Virus record (IMG/VR): IMGVR_UViG_3300028831_000395
Location: 1 to 64,000 of that record
Direction: 5' to 3' (one strand)
Length of the DNA stretch: 64,000 nt
DNA from: a virus
Part shown: in pieces, positions 40,573 through 50,277 of the stretch
Numbering within the stretch: the stretch's first letter is position 1
Layout of the letters: each line of letters begins with the position of its first letter
Translations under genes and position numbers: made by a program
Notes under the pieces: model-generated
The model's database searches: none
The model's input: only the letters and a program-made list of their open reading frames with translations
Told to the model about the DNA's origin: nothing

Positions 40573-42033
40573 TCACGTCAGAGTCGCCTTGCGCCACGTC
40601 CCGCCGACGCGGTAGCAGACCTTCTGGACCCCGGCGATGTCCTCGATGATCGGGCCCATGCCGTTGACCGGCACGAACGGGAACGCGCCGTCGTTGACCG
40701 TCGTCGTCATCACCGGCACCTCGCTGCTGTGCACGAACGCTCCGCCGGCGTTGGAGGGGTCCTGCACGCGCGAGCCGACGGGGAACGTGCCGCCCCACGC
40801 GATCAGCGGCGCCGACCCGCCGATCATGCTGTTCGCCTCGACGACGTACCCGCGGTGCCCCGTGCCGCTGAGCACCATCCCGGCGGTGTTCTGCCCGTCG
40901 AAGTCGTTGCCGACGATCGCCACGCCGATGATGTTGCTCTGGCTCAGGCGGACGCCGACGTCGCCTGCCCCGATGTGGCACCCTAGGACGGTGAGGCCCT
41001 GCCCGTTGAAGTTGATCCAGTCGCCGGTGGCGCCGGCGTCTCCGAACCAGCAGCCGACGAACGCGACGCCCTCGGACACGACGCTGGCGTCGAACGACAG
41101 CGCGCCGGCGCCGGCGGCCACCCCGCCGCTCGTGACGAGGTTCTCGAACGTGCATCCCATGAACAGCCAGGTCTCCGCGGCGTTGCGGCAGTGCACGCTG
41201 GTCTGCCCCTTGAACGCGCAGTTATCGAACGTCACGACGTTGGAGTAGGAGCCCGCCGCCGCCATCCCCCGCACCGCATCGGCGGCGCCCGCGAAGACCA
41301 TGTCGCGGAAGCGCATGATGATCGCCTTGTCGAGGTCCACGAGCCGCCCGGCGGCGCGGACGCCGGCGCCGCCGAGGTAGACGCGCTCGATGCCGCCGTA
41401 GGCGGCGTCCTGGACGATGGAGTGCGAGAAGTCGACCAGCGTCCCGCCGAAGCCCGCCTGGTTGTAGAGCAGCATGAGGTCTCGAAGCCAGAACCCGAAC
41501 GACGACCGCGCGTCGATCGCGCGCGTCCCGGTGCCGGTGTAGGTGACCTGCGTCGCCGCCGCCGCGCCGGCCGTCATGCCGCCCTCGCCCAGGAGCGTGA
41601 TGCTGCGCGTCTCCTTGAACGACGGGGGCGACAGGATCGTGTACGCGCCGCGCGGGATCAGGATCTCCCCGCCCGCCGCTCCGACGTGCGCGAGCGCGGC
41701 GGTCAGCGCGGCGTCGATGTTCGCGCCGTTGACCGCGCCGAACCGGGAGTCGGCGATGTTCACCGGTGCCTCGCGCATGACCGCGACGTCCGCGGCCGGC
41801 TTGCGCGGCAGCGCCCACACCCCGCCCTTGTCGTCGATCAGGACGAGCACGGCGTCGCCGCGGACCGCGGCCTGCCCCGCCGCGATCCACGTCGCGGGCG
41901 GCCACTCGTGCACGTCGCCGTAGGCGTCGATCGTCACGCCGACGGTGCCGTCGGGGTTGACGCGCGAGACCTTGCCGACGAACACGGCGCCCGGCGCCGC
42001 GTCGGCGGGCGGCAGAACAGCGTTCGCGCTCAT
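40573..42033 (-). CDS. Central spike (gpV-like OB N-terminus) fused to a right-handed beta-helix (pectate-lyase-like) domain
   Basis: GGGAGGA before ATG 42033. VFVGKVSRVNPDGTVGVTIDAYGD, then NIADSRFGAVNGANIDAALTAALAHVGAAGGEILIPRGAYTI and repetitive beta-helix rungs. Confidence 0.6.
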   Translation of the reverse strand: MSANAVLPPADAAPGAVFVGKVSRVNPDGTVGVTIDAYGDVHEWPPATWIAAGQAAVRGDAVLVLIDDKGGVWALPRKPAADVAVMREAPVNIADSRFGAVNGANIDAALTAALAHVGAAGGEILIPRGAYTILSPPSFKETRSITLLGEGGMTAGAAAATQVTYTGTGTRAIDARSSFGFWLRDLMLLYNQAGFGGTLVDFSHSIVQDAAYGGIERVYLGGAGVRAAGRLVDLDKAIIMRFRDMVFAGAADAVRGMAAAGSYSNVVTFDNCAFKGQTSVHCRNAAETWLFMGCTFENLVTSGGVAAGAGALSFDASVVSEGVAFVGCWFGDAGATGDWINFNGQGLTVLGCHIGAGDVGVRLSQSNIIGVAIVGNDFDGQNTAGMVLSGTGHRGYVVEANSMIGGSAPLIAWGGTFPVGSRVQDPSNAGGAFVHSSEVPVMTTTVNDGAFPFVPVNGMGPIIEDIAGVQKVCYRVGGTWRKATLT

Positions 42034-42043
42034 ATCGTCGCGA

Positions 42044-43945
42044 TCATCCTCCCTTGATCCTGCGTGGCTTGAACCCGGTGGTCTCGCGCTCACCCTTGCG
42101 CAGCCGCGGCCCGGACTCCTGGTTGCTATCGCCGCTGCGCGACGACGTGTCGAAGCGCCAGCCCTCATGCGAGCCGTGGAACTCGATCCACACGTGCTCG
42201 CTGTTCGCCCACACCGTGAAGTACTGGCCGTGCCCGGCCTCGCCGAACGACGCCGCCAGCTCACCGGACGTCTGCGCCGTCGTGCCGGAGAACACGCCCG
42301 CCTTCCACAGCGCCAGACAGGTACTCGAGGAGCAGTCCAACCCCTCGCGGCCGTCGATGTCCTTCAGCGGCTTGCCGTGCCCGCCGCCGTAGACGTAGGG
42401 GTGGTTCTCGTCGCTGATCTGGTCGGCCGCCTCGAACACCGAGCCGGCGCCGCCGGCCGCGCCCGGGCCCTCGCTCGTCGCCTCGGGCTTCAGCAGCTCG
42501 GTGCCGCGGCGGAGCTCTATCGTCGCCTTCTGCGAGTCGCGGGTGCGCCTGAACGACGCGACGAGCCAGCGACCGTCCGCGACGCCCTCGCCCTTGATCA
42601 GGACCGCCGAGCCGTGCGGCACCGCCCACAGGCTCGCGCGCACCTGCGCGGTCGCGGTGTTGACGCGCTTGCGCGGCGAGACCTCCCAATCAATCCAGTC
42701 GACGGCGGGATCCTGCTCGGTCAGCACGGCCCGCACGCGGGACTTCACGAGGTCCTGCTCGCGGGCGTAGTGCACCTTGCCGCGGAGCGCGAACACGCGC
42801 CAGCCCTTCGCCTCGCCGATCCTGACGAGCGCCGACCACGAGTCCTCGTTTGGGTCCTCGGCCGTGCCGCGCTGCACGAGCGCTCCGGCGCGCCCGCCGC
42901 TGCTCGAGCCGCCGATCGCGTCCAGGCCACCGTAGGCGTCGATGATCTTCACGCCCTCGCTGCGCCACTTGTCGTATGCCTCGGGGTGGTCGGATCCCTG
43001 CACGGCCTGCGCGACCTCGCCGGCGGACCAATCCTCGTGGTCGGCGGCGAGCTTGATCGCGCCGCCGCGGCCGGTAAATCCCGTGTTCAGGAACAGCGTC
43101 GCCGACCGCGACACGGAGCGCGCGACCGCGGCGCCGTGGATGCCGACGCGGACCTGCAGGATGCCCTCGGCATCCAGCGGGCCCGACCTCAGATTCATGA
43201 AGGTGGACTCGACGATGCACGCTATGACGAGCGCGAGCGTCGCCTTCTGACCGGCGCCCGCAGCGGTCGCGACGCCCATCACGACCTCCATGTTGCGGAT
43301 CTGTTCGGGCGTCGCCTTCGCCCCCTTGACGGTGAGATCGTCGGCGGAGATCGCGCGAGCGTCGCCCGCGTCGTCGTTCTCGGTCGCCTTGTCCGTCGCG
43401 GGCCACAGGACCCCCGTGCCGTACGGGCCGCCGCCGGTCAGCGGCGCGTTGGACGCGGCCGGCATCCCGCGCTCGTGGCGATCGTCGGCGTCGGCGCGCT
43501 CTCGCTTCTCCTCGAGCGCCCCGCCCGACTTCGTGACCGCGACGCCCGTCGGCGTGACGAACGGCACGCCTGCGCGCTTGCAGAGCGTCTGCGCGAACGC
43601 GACGTGATCGGCGTTGCCGGACGGCTTGAGCGGGCCGCGCGACGCCTGCATCCGCGCGACGACGCGGTCGACGAAGCCGAGCGTGAACGTGTCGGCCGCC
43701 TTGCGCACGTCCGCGAGGCGGTAGGGGATGCCGTCCAGCTCGATCTCGATCGACGCGTCGAGCTTGCCGTTCTCGTCGCGGTCCAGGATGCCGGAGGCGC
43801 GCAGCTGGCGACGCTGATCCTGGACGGTGATCGTCACCGCGAGCGTCGTGTCGAGCGACAGGTCGTGCTCTATCTGCGTGACGGATGAGTCCAGCCGCAG
43901 ATCTACCTCGCGGCCGTCCAGGACCAGCGCGAACGTCTCAGACAC
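42044..43945 (-). CDS. Baseplate hub (gpD / Mu gp44-like) with SLT-like and NlpC/P60-like lysin domains
   Basis: GTG 43945. IVESTFMN..GPLDAEGILQV (SLT-like E-S...GxxQ). C-terminus HPYVYGGGHG..GLDCSSSTCLALWKAG (NlpC/P60 Cys). Confidence 0.6.
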   Translation of the reverse strand: MSETFALVLDGREVDLRLDSSVTQIEHDLSLDTTLAVTITVQDQRRQLRASGILDRDENGKLDASIEIELDGIPYRLADVRKAADTFTLGFVDRVVARMQASRGPLKPSGNADHVAFAQTLCKRAGVPFVTPTGVAVTKSGGALEEKRERADADDRHERGMPAASNAPLTGGGPYGTGVLWPATDKATENDDAGDARAISADDLTVKGAKATPEQIRNMEVVMGVATAAGAGQKATLALVIACIVESTFMNLRSGPLDAEGILQVRVGIHGAAVARSVSRSATLFLNTGFTGRGGAIKLAADHEDWSAGEVAQAVQGSDHPEAYDKWRSEGVKIIDAYGGLDAIGGSSSGGRAGALVQRGTAEDPNEDSWSALVRIGEAKGWRVFALRGKVHYAREQDLVKSRVRAVLTEQDPAVDWIDWEVSPRKRVNTATAQVRASLWAVPHGSAVLIKGEGVADGRWLVASFRRTRDSQKATIELRRGTELLKPEATSEGPGAAGGAGSVFEAADQISDENHPYVYGGGHGKPLKDIDGREGLDCSSSTCLALWKAGVFSGTTAQTSGELAASFGEAGHGQYFTVWANSEHVWIEFHGSHEGWRFDTSSRSGDSNQESGPRLRKGERETTGFKPRRIKGG

Positions 43946-44076
43946 GCCTGCCTCGCCGCCGCCGCTCCGACGAGCGTCCCGTCGAGCGTGGCGGCTCGGC
44001 GTGCCGGAACCATAGGCCGCGGTGCTTGTGGGGACCCTTGCGCAGGTCGCCGCCGCACACCGGGCATGGCGACTGG

Positions 44077-44823
44077 CTACGCACGGGGCACCTTGAGCTT
44101 CTGGCCGGTGTGCAGCGACTTGGGGTCGCGGATGCCGTTCAGGCTCTTGAGCACCGCGACGGCGTTCGCGATCGCGCTGGACGTCTTGGCGTCCATCTGG
44201 TCTCGCGCGATCGACGCGAGCGTCTCGCCCGCCCTCACGACGTAGTCGCGGGTCGACGGCTTGGCCGACGGTTTCTTCGCCGTGACCTTGACGATGTCGA
44301 GGCTGCCCGGCTCGCCGAGCGTGACCGTCAGCCAGAGCCGCACGCGGTGCCGGCCGTCCCAGATCGCGTCGCCCTCCGCGAGGTCGGTCAGCACCCAATC
44401 GCGGTCGCCGTGCGGGACCATCCCGCCGACGCGGATCGTCGGCGGCGGCGTGCCGCGCGGCGACCCGGCGGGCGGGCGACCCATCGCGTAGAGCGCGGCG
44501 AGCTCGGTGTCGATCGTGCGGCGATCCGCGAACCCGTCGAGCAGCAGCGGTATCTCGAGCGTGCGTGTCGGCGTGCTGCCCCACTCCATGCCGTTCTCGC
44601 GGCCGGGACGCTCGACGTCGCGCCAGCCGCCGACGCCGCCCTTGAGCGTCGCCGAGCCCCTCCCGAGGCGGCAGCGCAGCGTGATCGCCGGGCGGGTGGT
44701 GACGAACACGCACTCGCCGGCGCCGACGCGCGGCACACCGCCGGACGGCAGCTGCAGCCCGACGCGGTTCGACGAGCCGGCGGCGACGCCGTGTCCCTGC
44801 TCGAACACCGCGACGGGGGTCAA
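44077..44823 (-). CDS. LysM-domain tail protein
   Basis: C-terminal YVVRAGETLASIA...LNGIRDPKSLHTGQKLKVP is a LysM motif. Lies next to the tape measure gene. Confidence 0.65.
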   Translation of the reverse strand: MTPVAVFEQGHGVAAGSSNRVGLQLPSGGVPRVGAGECVFVTTRPAITLRCRLGRGSATLKGGVGGWRDVERPGRENGMEWGSTPTRTLEIPLLLDGFADRRTIDTELAALYAMGRPPAGSPRGTPPPTIRVGGMVPHGDRDWVLTDLAEGDAIWDGRHRVRLWLTVTLGEPGSLDIVKVTAKKPSAKPSTRDYVVRAGETLASIARDQMDAKTSSAIANAVAVLKSLNGIRDPKSLHTGQKLKVPRA

Positions 44824-46751
44824 GCGAACGCCTTCTCGTTGGCGAGCTGCGTCGCGTTCGCGCGCGCGATCTCGCGGCCGTTGACCTGCAGGATGACCGG
44901 CCGGTCGGCGAGGCGCGCGACCGCGGCGACGAGCGCGCCGAGGCCCGCGCCCATGTCGCGGGAGGATGGCGCGTCGCGCACGACCGCGCCGCGCGGGAGG
45001 TCCACGACCTCGACGCCGTCCTCGCCGACGGTGAACGAACCGGGCGCCACGACCCGGCCGCCGCCGGCGAGGCCCTTCGGGATGTGCAGCGGCGTGAGCG
45101 CGCCCTTGCCCCTGAACGGTGCGGCTGGCTGCCGCCGCGTCGCGGCGCTGGGCTTGCCGTCACCGTCCTTGCCGCTGACCGAGTCGGCGAAGCCCTGCAT
45201 TGCCGCGCGCGCTCGGTCGATCTGGTCGGCGGCGTCCTTGGCCCATCCCATGCCGGGCACGTGCGACAGCAGGGTGAGCATCGACGAGTAGGCGCCCATC
45301 AGGAACGTGATCGCGTCGATGACGGCGTTGAGCCCCCACAGCAGCGAGTCCTTCAGCGCGTTACCGACGGCGTGCACGACGTCTCGGAACGTCGCGGACT
45401 TGCGGTAGGCGTAGACGAGTCCCGCCGCAAGCGCGGCGATGCCGAGCACCACGAGGGCGACCGGGTTAGCGGCCATCGCGGCGTCCAGCGCCCAGAACGC
45501 GGTGGTCCACCCGCCGGTCACGAACGCCGAGACAGCCGCCCAGATGGCGTACGCCTTCATGCCGGCGACGTACACGCCGAGCCCGGCGGCGAGCGAGATC
45601 AGCAGGTCGTCGTGCCGCTTGCTCCATCCGTAGAGGTCCTTGACCGCGCCCGCGACCCCGTCGACCGCCGGCTCGAGGTTCGCCGACAGAAACTGCATCA
45701 CGGCCGTGGCGGTCGGCAGCAGCTTCTCGCCCCACGTGATCTCAAGCGTCTCGACGGTCGACTTGAACCCGTCCAGGGCGCCCTTGTAGCCCTTCGTCTG
45801 CGCCTTCGCGACCCGCTCGGCGGCGCCGTGCCTGGTGACGGCGGCGTGCAGCTTGTCGTAGGCCTTCACGTTGCCGAGCAGCAGGATGCCTGCTGCTCGC
45901 GACGCGTCCGACCCGAACAGCGTCTGCAGCGCCGCGGCCTGCTCCTCCTGCGACTTGCCGCGCAGCGCGTCGCCGTACTCCTTGATCGTTCCGCGCAGGC
46001 CGATGAACCTGCCCTGGGCGTCGAAGACGTCGATGCCGAGCCGCTTCATCGTCGCGGCGGCGTCCTTGGACTGCGGCAGCAGGCGCTGCATCATCGTTTT
46101 CATCGACGTGCCGGCGTCCGAGCCCGTGACGCCCCTGCGTGCGAACAGCGTCAGCGATGTGACGAGGTCCTGAAGCGGCACGCCGAGCCGGTGCGCGTCC
46201 GCGCCAGCCTGCTGCAACCCCGAGGCCAGATCGGTGACCTTCGCGCCCTTCATGGACGCGGCGGCGAGCAGGTTCGCGACGTCGATGGCCTCACGGCCCT
46301 GCATCCCGAACGTGTTCAGCGCCTTCGCGGTGATATCGGCGGCCTGGGCGTTGCCGATCTGCGCCGCGGCGGACAGCTGCAGCACGGGTTTGGCGGCCGC
46401 GAAGATGTCGCTTACCAGGATCCCGCCCCGCGCGAGCTCGGTCATGGCCTCGGCGGCGTCCGCGGCGGACGTGCTCGGCAGCCGCACGTCGGCGCCGAGC
46501 TCCTTGGCGAGCGTCCCGGCGCGCTTCATCTCGACCGACGTCGCGGACGACACGGCCTGGAAGACGTTCAGCGACTTCTCGTAGTCGCCCGCGGCGTCCA
46601 GCGCTGCGGCGCCGAGCAAGCCGACCCCGAAGACCGCTCCCGTCGCTACCCGGCCGAGCTGCTGCACCTTGCTCGTGGTGCCGCCGATGCCAGACGCCAC
46701 GGCGTTCTGGCCCTGCAGCCGCATCCGAAGGACGATGTCGGTCAGCGCCAT
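44820..46751 (-). CDS. Tail tape measure protein
   Basis: 643 aa, Ala/Gly-rich helical with a hydrophobic central segment. Sits downstream of the frameshifted chaperones. Confidence 0.8.
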   Translation of the reverse strand: MALTDIVLRMRLQGQNAVASGIGGTTSKVQQLGRVATGAVFGVGLLGAAALDAAGDYEKSLNVFQAVSSATSVEMKRAGTLAKELGADVRLPSTSAADAAEAMTELARGGILVSDIFAAAKPVLQLSAAAQIGNAQAADITAKALNTFGMQGREAIDVANLLAAASMKGAKVTDLASGLQQAGADAHRLGVPLQDLVTSLTLFARRGVTGSDAGTSMKTMMQRLLPQSKDAAATMKRLGIDVFDAQGRFIGLRGTIKEYGDALRGKSQEEQAAALQTLFGSDASRAAGILLLGNVKAYDKLHAAVTRHGAAERVAKAQTKGYKGALDGFKSTVETLEITWGEKLLPTATAVMQFLSANLEPAVDGVAGAVKDLYGWSKRHDDLLISLAAGLGVYVAGMKAYAIWAAVSAFVTGGWTTAFWALDAAMAANPVALVVLGIAALAAGLVYAYRKSATFRDVVHAVGNALKDSLLWGLNAVIDAITFLMGAYSSMLTLLSHVPGMGWAKDAADQIDRARAAMQGFADSVSGKDGDGKPSAATRRQPAAPFRGKGALTPLHIPKGLAGGGRVVAPGSFTVGEDGVEVVDLPRGAVVRDAPSSRDMGAGLGALVAAVARLADRPVILQVNGREIARANATQLANEKAFA

Positions 46752-47535
46752 GACGTCGCCTCGCCGACTCGCTGCAGGGCGTCGCGGATCGACCGCTCGG
46801 TCATCGGGTCAACGTCCGTGACGCCGATCAGCGACGACGGGCGCTTGTCGGGTTCAGCGTCGGCGACGCGGATGTCGATCGCCTCCTTGAGCACGGCTGT
46901 CCACATCGCGCGCTCGATCTCGTCTCCGTAGAGCAGGTGCTCGGCGAGCCCGTCGAGGCCGAGCGCGCACGCTACGGCTGCGTTGCGTCGCTCGCTTGGG
47001 TGGAGGCTTTTCCCACCGTGATCTGTGCTGCCTCGCGGCCGGCGACGAGGATCGTGCAGACCTGGGTGGCGACGGTCATCAGCTTGAGCGTGTCCAGCTG
47101 CGGCGGTCCGTCCTCGGTCACCGGCGACGTGAACGCCGCGAACACCGCCGCCCGCGGCGTCTGCACCTCGGGGACCCCGATCACCTCGGCGAACGCCTGA
47201 TCGAAGCGCAGCAGCGTGCCGTCGTCCGTCTTGAGCGGCTCGGGTGAAGGCGTGCCGTCGCCGTTGAGCTCGTGCAGGCTCACCGTCGCTGCGGCGACGA
47301 TGTCGGCGAGGTCCTCGACGGTGACGCTGACCTGCTCGGCGACGTCGGGGCGCATGATCGCCGTCATGGAGCGCATGACGCCGCTCGCGACCTCGAGGTT
47401 CTCGCTGCGCGCGATGCGCGCGTACAGCGCGCCGTCGTCCCACACCTCGACGTAGCGGGCGGGATCGGCCTCCTGGCGGGCGGCGTAGGCGGTCCGCAGC
47501 CGGTCGAGGGCGCTGCCTGGCGCGGCGTCGGTCAT
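46742..47535 (-). CDS. Tail assembly chaperone, -1 frameshift fusion (GT-like)
   Basis: The -1 frame is open from the slippery site to 46742 and gives protein-like sequence (..GKSLHPSERRNAAVACALGLDGLAEHLLYGDEIERAMWTAVLKEAI..). Confidence 0.55.
46972..47535 (-). CDS. Tail assembly chaperone (G-like)
   Basis: Lies between the tube and tape measure genes. Contains a slippery heptamer near its 3' end. Confidence 0.6.
   Translation of the reverse strand: MTDAAPGSALDRLRTAYAARQEADPARYVEVWDDGALYARIARSENLEVASGVMRSMTAIMRPDVAEQVSVTVEDLADIVAAATVSLHELNGDGTPSPEPLKTDDGTLLRFDQAFAEVIGVPEVQTPRAAVFAAFTSPVTEDGPPQLDTLKLMTVATQVCTILVAGREAAQITVGKASTQASDATQP
47008..47014 (-). other. Programmed -1 ribosomal frameshift slippery heptamer G_GGA_AAA
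   Basis: Minus strand reads GTG GGA AAA GCC in the zero frame. X_XXY_YYZ pattern, 34 nt before the zero-frame stop. Confidence 0.6.
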
Positions 47536-47951
47536 GTCGGTACGCCGTGGACCATCATCGTCAGCTCGAGGCGCGAGACAGCCGTGCCGTTGCTGTCGTG
47601 CTTGGGCGTCGCGACGCCGGTCAGGATCCCGCGCGCCGTCAGCAGCCCGCCGGGCACGGGCGACTTGTCGGGGTTGAGCGCCTGCCGGCCGGCGACCATC
47701 GCGCGGTTCAGGCGCTGCAGCAGCCATCGCTCGAGCAGCGCGTCGCGCTCGCCGCGGTAGCCGCGGCTGATCTTGATCTCCGCCGTCTTGACCGGGCCGG
47801 GCAGCGCCTCGGCGTCCGCCATGCCGCCGGCGTTGTAGGACTCCGAGCCCGACGTGACCTCTCCGCCCTCCCATCCGTCGAACAGGCCGGCTATCGGCGC
47901 GCCGTCGACCGCGACGGCGACGGCAAACATCTGCTCCTGGACGAGCGCCAT
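47532..47951 (-). CDS. Contractile-tail tube protein
   Basis: 139 aa, immediately downstream of the sheath gene. Confidence 0.55.
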   Translation of the reverse strand: MALVQEQMFAVAVAVDGAPIAGLFDGWEGGEVTSGSESYNAGGMADAEALPGPVKTAEIKISRGYRGERDALLERWLLQRLNRAMVAGRQALNPDKSPVPGGLLTARGILTGVATPKHDSNGTAVSRLELTMMVHGVPT

Positions 47952-47961
47952 CTGCGCCTCC

Positions 47962-49404
47962 TCAGATCGTGTCGCCCGAGGCGACCTTCGTTATCAGCAG
48001 CGCCACGGTCGCGGCGAACGGCGACGTGCGCAGCTCCATCTGCGCCGCGATCTTCCGGAGCGCGAGCTGCGCATCGGGGTTCACGCCGGGTCCGGTGTCG
48101 ACGCTGAACGCCTCGCCCGCCGTCGCGCCGTAGAGCGCGTCGCGCGCGTACCAGGCCTGGCAGATCCCGACGAGGTCCTTCTCGACGGCTGAGAGCAGAT
48201 GCCGGTTGCCGTCGATCACGGCCATGACGTACTGCTCGAGCGCAGCGAGCGCCTCGCTGTAGATCGCCAGCACGACCCGCATGCCCGACGCCTCGGCGTA
48301 CTGCGGGTAGACGCCGGGGTCCGCCCACGACAGCGCGTCGTAGGCCTGCACGTTGCCGCGAATGTTGCGGATGACGGTCACGCCCGCGTCGCTGAGCAGA
48401 TCGCGATCGGCCTGGCTCCACTCCTGCGTGACGTCCACGACACCGGTCAGCACGCCGAACGACGCCGCGGCCGGCTGCCCGGGCCCGGCCGGGTTCTCGT
48501 GGTCCGCGCTCGCCATCCTGCCGGCGACGGCGCCGGACGGCGGGATCGTGACCGTGCCGGTGAGGTAGGGCACCTTGATCCAGGGCGCCAGCATCTGGCC
48601 GAGCGCGACGGGCGCCGTCAGCGTCCGCAGCGTTCCGGCGGGCGACGTCAGCGACGCGACCGTAGCGGTGTCGATGCCGTCGCACAGCGGCCAGCGCTTG
48701 TGCGACCAGAAGTGCTTGCCGAGCGCCTCGTGCGCTGCGGGCGTCGTGACGCCGGGCAGCGAGACGGAGCCGACGCCGAGGTCGGCGTCGAAGACGTCGA
48801 GGACGGTCTTCCAGCCGGCGGCCGTCGTCGGGATGCTCGCCCGATCGTCCGAGCCCGTGGAGAGCGGCGTCTCGGCGAGGACGGCGATCGGCCACACGCC
48901 GGCGCCGAGCGCGACGTCCACCAGGCCGGTGTCCTCGAAGGCGGTCTGCAGCGCGGCGGCCGACGAGAACGTCGCGGAGAACAGCGCCGCGCCGGTGTCC
49001 TTGAACGTGACGACGCGGTCCGAGCCGGTGCCGGCGGTGACCGTGATCGTGAGGTTCGCCGACCAGTCGCCGGCGCTGTCGGCGGTGACGGTCATCACGA
49101 CGGCCGGCGCGGCGCTCGACAGCGCCAGCAGACCCTTCGTCGCGGCCGGCCCGACGATCCGCGAGATGACCATCCTCGATCCGCCCTGCCGGAAGTACTG
49201 CTCGGCGCAGCGGATCAGGTGCGAGTAGGTCACGACGTCGCCGTAGATCGCCTTCACCTGCGCGAGCGAGAGGCACTCCGAGACCGTGCCGACGGGCCCG
49301 CGGGCGGCGAGCCCGGCCGCGAACCACGCGCCGACGTCTCCGGGCTGCGGGCTCGCGGGCCCTCGGTCGCCGATCGTGATCTCGAGGCTGGGCGCAGGCG
49401 TCAT
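47962..49404 (-). CDS. Contractile-tail sheath protein
   Basis: 480 aa. Position and C-terminal pattern (VTVIRNIRGNVQAYDALS...) are typical of sheath proteins. Confidence 0.7.
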   Translation of the reverse strand: MTPAPSLEITIGDRGPASPQPGDVGAWFAAGLAARGPVGTVSECLSLAQVKAIYGDVVTYSHLIRCAEQYFRQGGSRMVISRIVGPAATKGLLALSSAAPAVVMTVTADSAGDWSANLTITVTAGTGSDRVVTFKDTGAALFSATFSSAAALQTAFEDTGLVDVALGAGVWPIAVLAETPLSTGSDDRASIPTTAAGWKTVLDVFDADLGVGSVSLPGVTTPAAHEALGKHFWSHKRWPLCDGIDTATVASLTSPAGTLRTLTAPVALGQMLAPWIKVPYLTGTVTIPPSGAVAGRMASADHENPAGPGQPAAASFGVLTGVVDVTQEWSQADRDLLSDAGVTVIRNIRGNVQAYDALSWADPGVYPQYAEASGMRVVLAIYSEALAALEQYVMAVIDGNRHLLSAVEKDLVGICQAWYARDALYGATAGEAFSVDTGPGVNPDAQLALRKIAAQMELRTSPFAATVALLITKVASGDTI

Positions 49405-49407
49405 CGG

Positions 49408-49635
49408 TCACTCCCCCTTCGCGGTGGTCGTCGCTCGCTTGCGCGCCGAGGAGGCGTCGGGCTCGGGCTCGTCGATGGCGAGCAGGTGGCCAGCGTCGAT
49501 CAGCGCGCGCGTGTGCTGGTTGTCCACGGCCTCGCCGCTGTCGCCCGGCGACATGGCGCCGCAGCCATCGACGATCTGCGGTGATCGGCCTACGTTCTTG
49601 ACCGCGATCACGGCCACGGGCGTGGTGCTCGGCAT
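49408..49635 (-). CDS. Hypothetical structural-module protein (75 aa)
   Basis: Protein-like. Lies between the neck genes and the sheath gene. Confidence 0.45.
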   Translation of the reverse strand: MPSTTPVAVIAVKNVGRSPQIVDGCGAMSPGDSGEAVDNQHTRALIDAGHLLAIDEPEPDASSARKRATTTAKGE

Positions 49636-50277
49636 CTACGTCTCCTCGACGGGGGTCACGCTCACGCTCACAGTGTCTACCGTCACGGGGGCGGGAAGGT
49701 CCACCGGCTCATCGCCGATCGGCGGGTCGGGCACGTTCCAGTCGGCGGGGACGCCCGCGAGATCGCACAGCACGTCCTGCACGCCGACGAGCACGCCGCG
49801 CCCGACGATGCAGCGCGACCTCTGGTCTACGCCGAGCGGCACGTCGTCGCTGGCCTCGCCCGCCCATCGCGCGAAGACGACGCGCTCGTCGATCTTCGGC
49901 AGCATCTGCACGAGCACGGCCGCGGCGGCGCACGCGAGATCCGCCGCGAGCGCGCGGGCGAGGTCAGCGTCGACCGACTGCGTGACCGCGGCGACGGTCA
50001 TCTGCCACATCGCGGAGTAGCGGCCCTCGCCGTCGCGCTCGGCGTCGCCGGCGGTCCCGGGGCACACGATGATGAGCGCCGGCAGCTGCTCGTCGGCGAA
50101 CCGCATCGCCTTCTCGCGCACGACGACGGTGCGTGGCCGCTCGGAGCGCACGCCCTCGCCGGTCTGCCGGACGACCTCGTCGAGGTAGAGCCCGATCAGG
50201 TTGCGGTCCGGCATGAGGAGGTCGCGCGCGGCCCGCTCGATCGACCACGAGCTGACGAGGGGACCGAGCGTCGGCAT
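49636..50277 (-). CDS. Tail completion / neck protein candidate (213 aa)
   Basis: Start at MPTLGPLVSSW (50277); assigned by position. Confidence 0.45.
   Translation of the reverse strand: MPTLGPLVSSWSIERAARDLLMPDRNLIGLYLDEVVRQTGEGVRSERPRTVVVREKAMRFADEQLPALIIVCPGTAGDAERDGEGRYSAMWQMTVAAVTQSVDADLARALAADLACAAAAVLVQMLPKIDERVVFARWAGEASDDVPLGVDQRSRCIVGRGVLVGVQDVLCDLAGVPADWNVPDPPIGDEPVDLPAPVTVDTVSVSVTPVEET

Noticed and set aside
43946-45163. N-terminal 406-aa extension of the listed 1039-aa ORF 42044-45163. A possible 47-aa CPVC-containing ORF also lies in the 43946-44076 gap.
   Set aside because: The extension is Arg/Ala-rich and overlaps the real LysM and tape-measure genes in another frame. A GTG at 43945 gives a sensible hub protein. 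The small ORF has only one CxxC pair, a poly-Arg tail and no clear RBS, which is too weak to call.
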